Program-made: the position numbers and the translations under genes
Shown here: positions 16,177 through 25,661 of the stretch, in pieces
How the letters are laid out: the number at the start of each line of letters is the position of its first letter
Numbering within the stretch: position 1 is the first letter of the stretch
Notes under the pieces: model-generated
What the model was told of the DNA's origin: nothing
Databases searched by the model: none
The model's input: only the letters and a program-made list of their open reading frames with translations
NCBI RefSeq assembly: GCF_008000775.2
Contig: NZ_CP042905.2
Location: forward strand, 3,240,001-3,272,000
Direction: 5' to 3'
DNA: 32,000 nt
Source of the DNA: Promethearchaeum syntrophicum
GTDB lineage: Archaea > Asgardarchaeota > Lokiarchaeia > Sigyniarchaeales > Promethearchaeaceae

Positions 16177-17371
16177 AATTGAGGAGTGCTAACCCGATTT
16201 CCTTTCCAAATTCCATACATTTTTTTTTACCTTCTTCATCCGGATTCCATTTAATCCGAATTCCTTGATTTAAGAGTTCAAATTGGGATTTTTCAAGCAA
16301 AGCATTTAATTCTTTTACACTTTCACCAGACCAGCCATATGATCCAAAAGAAGCCGCTTTTTTATTTTTAAATCCTAAGCCTTTAATCATTTCCATGATT
16401 TCAGCTATTGAAGATAAGATTCCCTTCCCTATTGTAGGAGATCCAACTAAAATTGCCTTAGATTTAAATATCTCGGTGATAATATCATTTTTATCAAATT
16501 TAGCTGCGTTAAGCATTTGAATTTTGATCGTGGGATTACTTTCTCGAATGCCTTTGATGATAGATTCTGCCATTCTGCGCGTTCCATCCCACATTGTATC
16601 ATATACTACAGTTATCTGATTTTCTTGATAATTTTTCGCCCATTCCATATATTTTAAAACAATTTGGGTGGGATTATCCCGCCATATGACTCCATGGCTT
16701 GTTGCTATTATATCTATTGGAATTTTTAATTCCAAAACTTCGTTAATTTTTTTCTCTACCAATCCACTGAATGGAGTTAGGATATTTGCGTAATATTTGA
16801 TGCATTCCTGCCAAAGTAAATCTTGATCAACTAAATCATTATACATAAAATCGTTTAAATAGTGTTGTCCAAAGGCGTCGTTACTAAATAAAATATTATC
16901 TTGCGTTAAATACGTTGCCATGCTGTCTGGCCAATGTAGCATGCGCATTTCAACAAAAACCAGCGATTTTCCATTACCTATATCCAATGAATCTCCAGTT
17001 TTTACGGTTTTGAAATTCCAATCTTTATGATATTGACCTTTGAGGGAATCTACTGCATTTTTTGTGCAATAGATTGGTATATCTGGAATTAAATCCATTA
17101 ATTCGGGGAGTCCACCGCTATGATCGATTTCACCATGATTAGCGATTACATAATCAATTTCACTCAAATCAATTTCTTCAGATAGATTTTTCACAAATTC
17201 TTTGGAAAAAGGCATCCAAACTGTATCGATTAACACATTCTTTTCTTCTTTAATTAAGTAGGAATTATAGGTTGTGGAATGATCAGTCGAATATTCATTT
17301 CCGTGGAATTTTTGTAATTCCCAATCTTTTATTCCTACCCAAAATACATTATTTTTAACTTTAAAAGCCAT
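16169..17371 (-). CDS. fprA: Flavodiiron protein (A-type flavoprotein, O2/NO reductase)
   Basis: Metallo-beta-lactamase-like domain with the diiron ligand motif HGEIDHSG, plus LHWPDSM, NDAFGQH and TSHGVIW. The C-terminal flavodoxin domain has ITVVYDTMWDGTRRMAE. Confidence 0.9.
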   Translation of the reverse strand: MAFKVKNNVFWVGIKDWELQKFHGNEYSTDHSTTYNSYLIKEEKNVLIDTVWMPFSKEFVKNLSEEIDLSEIDYVIANHGEIDHSGGLPELMDLIPDIPIYCTKNAVDSLKGQYHKDWNFKTVKTGDSLDIGNGKSLVFVEMRMLHWPDSMATYLTQDNILFSNDAFGQHYLNDFMYNDLVDQDLLWQECIKYYANILTPFSGLVEKKINEVLELKIPIDIIATSHGVIWRDNPTQIVLKYMEWAKNYQENQITVVYDTMWDGTRRMAESIIKGIRESNPTIKIQMLNAAKFDKNDIITEIFKSKAILVGSPTIGKGILSSIAEIMEMIKGLGFKNKKAASFGSYGWSGESVKELNALLEKSQFELLNQGIRIKWNPDEEGKKKCMEFGKEIGLALLNSD

Positions 17372-17449
17372 TATTAATCATCATCATTTTTTTAATTAAA
17401 AGAAACTGCTTTATATATTTAATTTATTTCATTATTTTAGTTATAGAAT

Positions 17450-18175
17450 ATGAGAGATTTCTTTTGTTTTGATTTAGGCGAAACTTTAATAAATTTTAAC
17501 AAACCCAATAAAAAATGGCATTCTTCACTAATTGGTGAAGTTCTTCCAGATATGTTTATGACATTGAATAAAATAAGTCAGGGTTTTAAGGACATATGCA
17601 CTGTTGAAGAATTTTCTACTATTGGTTATAAAATTATCTCCACAAACCGTAAATTAAGCATGATAAAACGACTCTCACTTATTTTGGATAACTATAATAT
17701 CCCAATTAAAATGGATCTAATCAATTTACTATTGGCTGATTTTTATCATAATTTAATTTCGACTGCTACTCTGTATCCCGAATCAATAAAAATTTTAAAA
17801 AAACTGCAGAATAAAGGATATGTGTTAGGATTATGGTCCAATACGCCATGGGAAAGTCCAGGATTTATGTTCGAAAAAATTATGAAACATTTCGAAATTA
17901 GAAGATATTTTTCGGTTGTTTTATTTTCGGGAGATTACGGAATCCGCAAACCAGATCCCTTAACATTCGATCTAGTTTTAAAAAAGGCTCAAGTAGATAA
18001 ATCTCGAATGATTTATATAGGAAATGCAGAAGTGGATATCAAAACTGGATCAAACTTTGGAATTCCTACGATATGGGTAAATAGAGATCAAAAGAAATTA
18101 TCTGAAAATGTTCCAACACCAGAATTTATAATTAAAGATCTTGAAGGTATTTTTGATCTGTTACCTATTAGCTAA
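17450..18175 (+). CDS. HAD-superfamily hydrolase, subfamily IA-like, with atypical motif I
   Basis: Motif I is FCFDLGETL (D-x-G-x-T rather than D-x-D-x-T). Motif II is LGLWSNTP. K in GIRKPDP, and motif IV is YIGNAEVDI. Confidence 0.7.
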   Translation: MRDFFCFDLGETLINFNKPNKKWHSSLIGEVLPDMFMTLNKISQGFKDICTVEEFSTIGYKIISTNRKLSMIKRLSLILDNYNIPIKMDLINLLLADFYHNLISTATLYPESIKILKKLQNKGYVLGLWSNTPWESPGFMFEKIMKHFEIRRYFSVVLFSGDYGIRKPDPLTFDLVLKKAQVDKSRMIYIGNAEVDIKTGSNFGIPTIWVNRDQKKLSENVPTPEFIIKDLEGIFDLLPIS

Positions 18176-18471
18176 AATTAGAAGATATTCGATAGAAATG
18201 AACAATATAGGAATCTTTTGAAGTTAAGAATTTAAAGAAGTTTTAATGGAAACAATTCCATCTCGTAAATTTAGCTTCGATTCAGTGTTCGGAAGCTTTA
18301 TTTGAAATTGTCGCCGATATGGAGAATCCAGAGACGTCTTTAATGGTTTTGATTTTTGTCGAACAAACTATTAATCCAATAATACATATTTATTAACCCG
18401 ATAATAATGATTGGAATTCTTCTTTAATCGAAAACATATTATACATCAAAGTCGAATTTAAGGATATAATA

Positions 18472-19734
18472 ATGGAAAAAATTCAACCCGTAACACAAGA
18501 ATTTTTTGGCTTCTTTAAACCAGATGCGTGTGAAAATTGTGGAGAGTGCCTGACTCACTGCCCTATTATGGATTTTACAATTGAAGAAGCAAAATCCGAG
18601 ATCCAACATTTAAAAAATGGAACACAAACAAAAAGAGTTTTATCGGAGTGTCAATCTTGTTTTACATGCAATTTTTATTGTAAAAATAATAGTAATCCCG
18701 CGAGTTTAATACTGCAGAGATGGAATGAACAATATAAAAAGGAAGGATTAAAAATACGGGGAAAATACTATATGACTCTGTATCCAAATTATCCAAACTT
18801 TAGAACGTACGGCATCGATAGAATGACCGAACAAGAAACCCAGATATTAAAAAAATGGGCAAGTTTAGAGCCTTTAAAGGGAGATACATTGACCTATCCT
18901 GGTTGTAATGTCATTTTAACACCCACTCTGACTCAAACCAGTTTCTTTAAGGATTTAGATATCCGAGGAAGATTGGAATATTGTTGTGGAGAGACATTAT
19001 TCCGAACGGGTTATACTGAATTATTAAAACAAGTTTCTACCAGATTAGATAAGTGGTTCAATATCTTGAAACCCAAGCACTTATTGGTACTGTGCACTGC
19101 TGGGACAAATGTGTTCAAAAATGTACTTCCGAATTATGGTCTTAAATACAAGTTCGAATCAATTACATCCTATATAGAGTGGTTATGGGATAGAATTGAA
19201 TCCAGAGAGATTAAAATTTCTCGCCCATTAGGTTTGAAAGTCACAATCCAAGATTCATGTTATTCGAAAATGTTTGGGGATGATTATATGGACATTCCTC
19301 GAAAAATTCTGAAAAAAATCGGGTGTGAAATAATTGAAGTTCCCTACAATCGCGAAAATATGCGATGTTGCGGGATTGCGGCAGGTTTTAGTGTAGATTC
19401 AGCTTATCATGCTTTAAAAATCCGTAAAGCTACATGTGATAATTTGAATGATGCCAAGAAAACTGGGGCGGATGTAGTGTGTGTATACTGTTCTGGGTGC
19501 AATCAAACTTATAATATTGCAAAAAAACTTTACCTTAAGAAATTTGATTTACCCATATTACATATAATCGAATTAATTCAAATGGCTATTGGCGAAACAC
19601 CAAAGCGATTAATAGAACGGACATCGAATAAAATTTTTTGGGGAATAATTAGCAAGCAATTTCCTCATATGTATTCTAAGAAAACTTTCAGAATTCCTCC
19701 TATTTCAGAGGACCCAGAAAAAACAGCATATTAG
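18472..19734 (+). CDS. HdrD/GlcF/GlpC-like Fe-S oxidoreductase with 2x[4Fe-4S] and two CCG (cysteine-rich) domains
   Basis: CENCGECLTHCP and CQSCFTCNFYC. CCG domain 1 is PGCNV...YCCGE. CCG domain 2 is QDSCYSK...RCCGIAAG...VYCSGC. Confidence 0.8.
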   Translation: MEKIQPVTQEFFGFFKPDACENCGECLTHCPIMDFTIEEAKSEIQHLKNGTQTKRVLSECQSCFTCNFYCKNNSNPASLILQRWNEQYKKEGLKIRGKYYMTLYPNYPNFRTYGIDRMTEQETQILKKWASLEPLKGDTLTYPGCNVILTPTLTQTSFFKDLDIRGRLEYCCGETLFRTGYTELLKQVSTRLDKWFNILKPKHLLVLCTAGTNVFKNVLPNYGLKYKFESITSYIEWLWDRIESREIKISRPLGLKVTIQDSCYSKMFGDDYMDIPRKILKKIGCEIIEVPYNRENMRCCGIAAGFSVDSAYHALKIRKATCDNLNDAKKTGADVVCVYCSGCNQTYNIAKKLYLKKFDLPILHIIELIQMAIGETPKRLIERTSNKIFWGIISKQFPHMYSKKTFRIPPISEDPEKTAY

Positions 19735-19747
19735 AGGAGATAAAGTG

Positions 19748-21121
19748 ATGAGCTTGAAAGAGAGAAATAAACAGGTATTTAATGTCGATAAGTGTACTTT
19801 ATGCGGAGATTGTTTTTCATTATGTCCCGAATTACACTTGCCTAAAGAGGTTGCAATTGATGAAATTAAGGCATTAATAGCAGGTGAAAATACAAAATAT
19901 GTGCTGCAACATTGTACAACTTGCTTTAGTTGTAATTTAATCTGCCAAAATGATTGTAAACCATATCAATTAATTTTAGAAAATTGGAATTCAAAATATA
20001 TCAAACAGGGAGCTCCACCGATCTATCGATTTGTTTGTCCAAGCATGAAAAGCAATATATGGCAGATGTTATATGTTTTAATGTCAAAAGAAGAAATTGG
20101 GTGGATAGAGAAATGGATGAATCAACCAAATAAAGAATCAATTTTTCTTGTTGGAAATTATACCCATATATTACCTTTTATACTTGGTGATTCTAATCTT
20201 TTAAATTATTTTACTTCTGTAGATCTACTGGATCACTGGGAATGCGGAGCATATTTGTATCAAGGTGGATATCTCGATGTAGTAAAAAGAATTGGTGAAA
20301 AATGTAAAGATGATTTTACAAAATGGGGAACAAAAAAGATTGTCACATTTCTTGATGCCCTTCATTATGTACTAACTACAACACACCCTCAAGAAATGGG
20401 AACAGAATTCACACAAAACATTATCCCCTTTAATCAATGGTTTTTAAATATGCTAGAAAAAGGAGATATTAATTTTTCGAATCAATTAAACTTGAAAATT
20501 ACGATCCACGATAATTGCTATTCAAAAGCGGGGGGATCCATGTATTGGGATCCTCCAAGAAAAATCCTAAGATTAACTGGCTGTAAAATATTGGAAATGG
20601 AACATATTCGTGGGGATTCTCTTTGTTGTGGATTTGGTGCGGGAGCCTCTTGGACAAAAAATATCCATATAGTGTTTGATATTTTAAAAGTGGCTCAAGT
20701 AAAATTGAAGGAAGCGGAAGCTACAGGTGCAGATGTGTTGGTTACCTATTGTGGAGGGTGTTTATATCTACTTTGGGCTGCACGAGAAATATTCAAGAGT
20801 AAATTGAAAATTTTCCATAGTTTTGAATTAATAAGAATGGCAACGGGTGAATCGATTGATATTTCTCAAAAAATACATAAAGAACGCGCGTGGGATATAA
20901 TCTCAATCATCACCTACCACTTATTCATTTCTCTTTTTCATAAACCATTCTATATTGAAGAAATCTCTATGGATCCAAAATCCTTGGGTTCTCGAAAATT
21001 TATTTTATTGCGAATGATGAGATGGGTTTTAGGATTAAAAATAAATCAGGCGATATTTCGAAAATTATTCATATTTTTATTACCTAAATTAAGTACTCCT
21101 CGAAAATGGGAAAAAAAATGA
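19748..21121 (+). CDS. Paralogous HdrD-like Fe-S/CCG protein with a degenerate first CCG domain and a hydrophobic C-terminal extension
   Basis: CTLCGDCFSLCP and CTTCFSCNLIC. The first CCG-equivalent reads VGNYT...WECGAY (Cys lost). The second is intact: HDNCYSK...LCCGFGAGAS...TYCGGC. The AGGAGA Shine-Dalgarno-like site is 7 nt before the ATG at 19748 (the track uses the GTG at 19745). Confidence 0.8.
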   Translation: MSLKERNKQVFNVDKCTLCGDCFSLCPELHLPKEVAIDEIKALIAGENTKYVLQHCTTCFSCNLICQNDCKPYQLILENWNSKYIKQGAPPIYRFVCPSMKSNIWQMLYVLMSKEEIGWIEKWMNQPNKESIFLVGNYTHILPFILGDSNLLNYFTSVDLLDHWECGAYLYQGGYLDVVKRIGEKCKDDFTKWGTKKIVTFLDALHYVLTTTHPQEMGTEFTQNIIPFNQWFLNMLEKGDINFSNQLNLKITIHDNCYSKAGGSMYWDPPRKILRLTGCKILEMEHIRGDSLCCGFGAGASWTKNIHIVFDILKVAQVKLKEAEATGADVLVTYCGGCLYLLWAAREIFKSKLKIFHSFELIRMATGESIDISQKIHKERAWDIISIITYHLFISLFHKPFYIEEISMDPKSLGSRKFILLRMMRWVLGLKINQAIFRKLFIFLLPKLSTPRKWEKK

Positions 21122-21510
21122 AAAAAGAAGAATTTTTAGTTTGGTTCATTAAATTCAGTGGGATTCTTGAGATATTATTTGGACTATGCATTATATTCCT
21201 GACCTCTCTGATGGACGTACTTGAACTTCCAAATTTTCCTTTTTGGGAGTGGTCATTTGGATTATCTCTGGCCTTTATGGGAGTTTTACTTTGGTATTCT
21301 GGTCGTAATTTAAAGAAATATTTAATAATTCCACTTGTCTCAATTTTCTTTAGGTTAATATTAGCAGGAATAGAGCTTTATGTGGCATTAACAGTTCCTA
21401 AAATGTTTTATTTTCTGTTAGGAGGAGCAATATATGATTTTTTTTCACCACTATTAACCATTATTCTATTAAAGCAGTTAAATTATCTTCATAAAGGAAG
21501 TTTATCTTAA
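21118..21510 (+). CDS. Small integral membrane protein (about 4 TM helices)
   Basis: Four hydrophobic segments: FLVWFIKFSGILEILFGLCIIFL, WSFGLSLAFMGVLLWY, LIIPLVSIFFRLILAGIELYVAL and FYFLLGGAIYDFFSPLLTIILL. The ATG at 21118 overlaps the upstream stop (ATGA). No His residues in the TM segments. Confidence 0.6.
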   Translation: MKKEEFLVWFIKFSGILEILFGLCIIFLTSLMDVLELPNFPFWEWSFGLSLAFMGVLLWYSGRNLKKYLIIPLVSIFFRLILAGIELYVALTVPKMFYFLLGGAIYDFFSPLLTIILLKQLNYLHKGSLS

Positions 21511-21610
21511 ATTCTTACAATTAATGCTTAAATTTTCTAAAATGTTTATTTTTATTGGGAGAACTCTTATTATCAAACTGATTCTATAAAATTTAAGGTG
21601 GAAAGTAATT

Positions 21611-22003
21611 ATGAAAAATACAAAATATAATCCAGATTTATGGGATGAAATCCCTTCATATGCATTTATGGCACTCGGAAGAAGAGGGCGCGAACAAATT
21701 TCGTTAAGAGAATGTTTTATCCCTTCATGTAATTCAACAGACGGGGATAAATTACACCCAATTAAAAAGGAAATCGAAACTAAACAAATTCCAGAAAAAA
21801 AGGTACAAACAATAAAAAAAAAATATTTAATTCATTGCGATGAATGCTCTCAGGATTTTCATTTAATATTTGAGCAATACGTTAATAATGATTCTGAATC
21901 TGAAAATATTGAAGGAACGGACATTATAATGGAAAAAGTTTATGCAACTGATGCAAATGATGAAGAAAATTATGGAGAAATAGGTTTCATTCAACAAAAA
22001 TAA
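21611..22003 (+). CDS. Hypothetical protein with two Cys pairs (possible Zn-binding)
   Basis: AAGGTGG Shine-Dalgarno-like sequence 8 nt upstream of the ATG. CFIPSC ... HCDEC pairs. Acidic C-terminus. No family recognised. Confidence 0.5.
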   Translation: MKNTKYNPDLWDEIPSYAFMALGRRGREQISLRECFIPSCNSTDGDKLHPIKKEIETKQIPEKKVQTIKKKYLIHCDECSQDFHLIFEQYVNNDSESENIEGTDIIMEKVYATDANDEENYGEIGFIQQK

Positions 22004-22035
22004 AGCAAACTAATTTTCAAAAAGTAGGGATATTA

Positions 22036-22716
22036 TTGACAATAAATTGTGTTCTTTTTGATCTTGACAATACATTAGTAGGAATACCTGACACATGGAA
22101 TTATTTTGATACTCTTATCCAGGATGTCTTAAAAATGGACTATGACTTATCTATACCTCCAGCAGATGATAGAAATTCATTATGGCGTTCAGGAAAAGAA
22201 TTTGTTTCTATTTTAAGAAGATGGGGTGTCAGTGATCCAAATGATTTCTGGATTAAATTCGATGAGAGAGATGGAATTAAACGTAAAAAACTAATTAAAA
22301 ATGACCAATTGATTTTGTATGATGATGTCATTCCTACTTTGAAGAAACTTAACAACTTTGGAATCAAAACTGGAATTGTGAGTAATACCCCTGATTTTAT
22401 AGTTGAATACGAGCTTGCAGAATTTGATTTATCTCCTTATTTTGACACGGTATTAGGATTAGGGGATGATCAAAGCATATGTAAGCCAGAAAAAGATGGA
22501 ATTATAATGGTTTTAAAAGAATTGGAATGTTTACCATCAAATACAGTATTTATTGGGGATTCCCAAGTTGATATAATAGCTGCACAACGAGCAGAAGTAA
22601 TTCCTATATTTATTGATCGAAAGAAGAAAAAGTCAAGGAAATTAACAATAAATCCTGAAACTTATATAAGATTCACAAATTTGAATCAAATTTTTGATTT
22701 TATAGAAGAAAATTAA
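22036..22716 (+). CDS. HAD-superfamily phosphatase (phosphoglycolate phosphatase-like, subfamily IA)
   Basis: Canonical motif I VLFDLDNTL, motif II GIVSNTP, K in CKPEKDG, motif IV FIGDSQVDI. Confidence 0.8.
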   Translation: MTINCVLFDLDNTLVGIPDTWNYFDTLIQDVLKMDYDLSIPPADDRNSLWRSGKEFVSILRRWGVSDPNDFWIKFDERDGIKRKKLIKNDQLILYDDVIPTLKKLNNFGIKTGIVSNTPDFIVEYELAEFDLSPYFDTVLGLGDDQSICKPEKDGIIMVLKELECLPSNTVFIGDSQVDIIAAQRAEVIPIFIDRKKKKSRKLTINPETYIRFTNLNQIFDFIEEN

Positions 22717-22722
22717 TTTTAA

Positions 22723-22923
22723 TTAGAAATGAGGGAGTTTTCGAATCCGTAAATCGTCTCCAATTTTTTTAAATCCGAACATGCTGGTTTTATTTGATTT
22801 CGGAAATGCCAGAGCAATAGCAGCGTCCATATCGATTTCTGAGCCACCTTTTATTAATTTTTCATTAATATCGATATCTACTACTTTTAAGGACAAACGT
22901 ATAGATTCATTAAAATTATTCAT
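22723..22923 (-). CDS. Hypothetical small protein (66 aa)
   Basis: ATG-initiated ORF on the same strand as, and downstream of, the class I methyltransferase gene. No motif recognised. Confidence 0.3.
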   Translation of the reverse strand: MNNFNESIRLSLKVVDIDINEKLIKGGSEIDMDAAIALAFPKSNKTSMFGFKKIGDDLRIRKLPHF

Positions 22924-22977
22924 TAAATTTCATTGACGCTATTTATATATTTTAAATTTTCTATTTAGATTTAAATA

Positions 22978-23745
22978 TTATTTATTTAATTGCCCAAAAT
23001 ACATTTCACAAGTATATAAGAGTTGTACTACTCCATCAACTTGGAATCTATTAAATATCTCTTTTAAATCTTTTATCAATATCGAATATTCCGCTCGTTC
23101 TTCTGTTGGAGTATATGATGATGACTGCAATCTACCTTTTATTCCCTCAAAATCAAATACTTGTATATTTTGGCAAGAAAATTCCTGAAGATCATTTGGA
23201 CCAGTGAAATTACCGAGTCGTGTAAGATCTATATTTCGATGACTCACTTGTGAGTATTCAGGAATGTGAGATTTTAATAATTTCTCATATTCGGTTGAAA
23301 AGGGAGAACCTTCTGACTTTCTAACATTCCAAACGAGAACAATATATCCATTTGGTTTGAGAATTCTCAAAAATTCTTTTTTCGTTTTTTCCAAATCAAA
23401 CCAATGGAAGGATTGAGCTGCGGTAATAATATCTATTGAATTTTCTTTTAGAGTTGTGTTCTCGGCACTTCCATTAATACTATTAAAATTAGGTTTATTC
23501 TGAAGGCTTTTTTCAGCTGCAATTCTCATTTCTTTATTGGGCTCGACAGCAAATATATTATTCTCAGTAGTGAGTAATAATCTTGAAAAAATTCCCGTTC
23601 CGGAGCCAATATCTGCAATATTTTGACCAGTTGTAAGAATGTTATTTTTTCTAAGATGATCAATAAGGTTTATCGGATAAGATGGGCGATATTTTACATA
23701 GTTTTCGACTCTATCTGAGAATCGTTTAGTTGGATCCTTCCGCAT
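22978..23745 (-). CDS. Class I SAM-dependent methyltransferase (Methyltransf_11-like; probably a small-molecule or RNA/protein substrate)
   Basis: YVKYRPSYP N-terminus, motif I IADIGSGTGIFS, post-I AVEPN, DIITAAQSFHWF. Confidence 0.8.
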   Translation of the reverse strand: MRKDPTKRFSDRVENYVKYRPSYPINLIDHLRKNNILTTGQNIADIGSGTGIFSRLLLTTENNIFAVEPNKEMRIAAEKSLQNKPNFNSINGSAENTTLKENSIDIITAAQSFHWFDLEKTKKEFLRILKPNGYIVLVWNVRKSEGSPFSTEYEKLLKSHIPEYSQVSHRNIDLTRLGNFTGPNDLQEFSCQNIQVFDFEGIKGRLQSSSYTPTEERAEYSILIKDLKEIFNRFQVDGVVQLLYTCEMYFGQLNK

Positions 23746-23798
23746 TAAGTTCTTTCTGTAACCAATGAATTTAAAAATAACGCTGAAAATTTGTTTCT

Positions 23799-25661
23799 AT
23801 GGATGTTGAAATCATTTTCAAAAAAATTTATGATAATATAATGGACTTGGTTAGGAGACATCCAGAATCTTTAATATTACAGTGGTTTGAAAGCAAAAAT
23901 CTTGAACTATTATCACATTATGGCATTCTTATTGATAAAAATGCTCAGAATGACAACTTAAAGAATGAAATTCTTCTTTCGGATTTAAGTTGGGATTGTG
24001 ATTCAAATAAATTCATGACAGAAATCGGTAATTTCTTAAATACTATCGTGAACTTAAGAGATAAATTAAAGCGCTCCAATCTGGGTCAAGAATTTACCCC
24101 ATTTTATATCGTGCATCAAATAATTCAACAAATTAAAATAATAAATAATACTGTAACTCGAAAGAAAAAGAATTTAGTTATAATAGATTTTGCAGGTGGT
24201 ACTGGAAACTTTATTATTTCTATCCTTCAGGAAGAATTTATAAAAATTGAATCAAATTTTGATTTTTCACATTCAAAATCACGAATACAAAATGAAATTA
24301 CAAAAATTATAGATAAATTTCACAATCGGTTATTTGTTTTAGATATTGACCCAATTTCCTGTTATTGTATCACACTTTTTTCAATTATTATAGCACTTCA
24401 TTTTTTTTTGAGAAACAAGATCAATCTGAATCATAAATTATTAGATCAGCTACCATTAATTACTGTATTGCAGGTTAATTTTCTCAAATTACATAAATTT
24501 TATCCAGATCTTAAAGCAGATATAATTTTAGGAAATCCTCCGTATATTTTTTCACGTGATTTAGAATCTGATTTAAAACGATACCTTAAAATAGAAAAAT
24601 ATCATACTGTTAAAGGGCAATATGATTTGTCGGATGTTTTTCTCGAGCAAAGTTTGAAATTATTAAAACTTGAAGGAATTTTGAGTGTCATTATTCCCGA
24701 AACACTCTTATTTTTGGAAAATAGGAAGGTCCTAAGAAAACTCATTGTTAAAAATTCTCAAACAATAAAAATCATTCCAACTGAAAATGTTTTTGAAGGT
24801 GTTTCTGTTGAAAACATATTGCTCTTTTGTAAAAAAAACACCTCTCCCGAAAATGAATCTATTGAAATAATCTGGGAAGAAAATACCGCAGAAACATTGA
24901 TAAAGAGTGACCTTTTGGAAGACCCGAATGTATACTTAATTAAATATGATCCAATTACAATAGAAATTATAAATTGGTTAAAGAAAAATTTTCTCTCGAT
25001 TAATGAATGGAATAGAATTAACAGTGACGATAAAATTGAAATATTTCGTGGTGTTGAATTATCGAAACACGGAAGGATAATGAGATGCAATCACTGTTCT
25101 AAATGGATGCCGTTTTCAAGAAAAAGGTTATTATGCTCTCATTGTAAGAAAGAATTAAGTATTAAAAGGGAAGTAATCAACATTATTTCAGAGAAAACAA
25201 ATGCAAATTCGGAAAATGTCGTAAATTTTATTCAAAATATGTCTTTAAACGAAATTAACGCAAAAGCTACATCTCAGATCAAGTTAAACTTTGTAGGAAT
25301 AAATTATAAAGACATTTCAAAATATAGAAAAAAAAGGATAATTGTACGCCAAATACTAGCGCAAAATAAAATATGTGCAGCAATTTCACCAGAAAATGCC
25401 TTAAATTCTCAAAGTATTTATAATATTATTCTATCCAAGAAATTAGAACCATATATTATTGAATTAACTCAAATTCTAAGAACTGATATTATTTCATATT
25501 TTAATTATATGACCTTTAGCAGAGGGAAAAGATTATTTTCTCGAATTTTATTAAATAAATTGAAAGATTTGCCATGGATCCCCCGAAATCTGAATTTTAA
25601 AAACATTTCAAATATATCTAATAATTTTAAATCAGAAATTGAGAAGGTGATTTCGAGTTGA
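23799..25661 (+). CDS. N6-adenine DNA methyltransferase, gamma class (Eco57I/TaqI-like) with a CxxC...CxxC zinc ribbon in the target-recognition half
   Basis: Motif X GQEFTPFYIV, motif I IIDFAGGTGNF, motif II LFVLDIDP, motif IV GNPPY (24534-24545). TaqI_C-like IEIFRGVELSK. Zinc ribbon CNHCSKW...CSHCKKEL. Confidence 0.85.
   Translation: MDVEIIFKKIYDNIMDLVRRHPESLILQWFESKNLELLSHYGILIDKNAQNDNLKNEILLSDLSWDCDSNKFMTEIGNFLNTIVNLRDKLKRSNLGQEFTPFYIVHQIIQQIKIINNTVTRKKKNLVIIDFAGGTGNFIISILQEEFIKIESNFDFSHSKSRIQNEITKIIDKFHNRLFVLDIDPISCYCITLFSIIIALHFFLRNKINLNHKLLDQLPLITVLQVNFLKLHKFYPDLKADIILGNPPYIFSRDLESDLKRYLKIEKYHTVKGQYDLSDVFLEQSLKLLKLEGILSVIIPETLLFLENRKVLRKLIVKNSQTIKIIPTENVFEGVSVENILLFCKKNTSPENESIEIIWEENTAETLIKSDLLEDPNVYLIKYDPITIEIINWLKKNFLSINEWNRINSDDKIEIFRGVELSKHGRIMRCNHCSKWMPFSRKRLLCSHCKKELSIKREVINIISEKTNANSENVVNFIQNMSLNEINAKATSQIKLNFVGINYKDISKYRKKRIIVRQILAQNKICAAISPENALNSQSIYNIILSKKLEPYIIELTQILRTDIISYFNYMTFSRGKRLFSRILLNKLKDLPWIPRNLNFKNISNISNNFKSEIEKVISS

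Noticed and set aside
18176-18471. 296-bp gap upstream of the first HdrD-like gene, with slightly higher GC and a 6-bp stem (AGCTTC...GAAGCT, about 18284-18308), as a pseudogene or riboswitch
   Set aside because: Only 19- and 25-codon ORFs are present, I could recognise no protein-like frame, and the stem is short with a 13-nt loop. The evidence is insufficient.
22140-22367. 75-aa minus-strand ORF inside the second HAD gene
   Set aside because: It is antisense to a CDS with all four HAD motifs.
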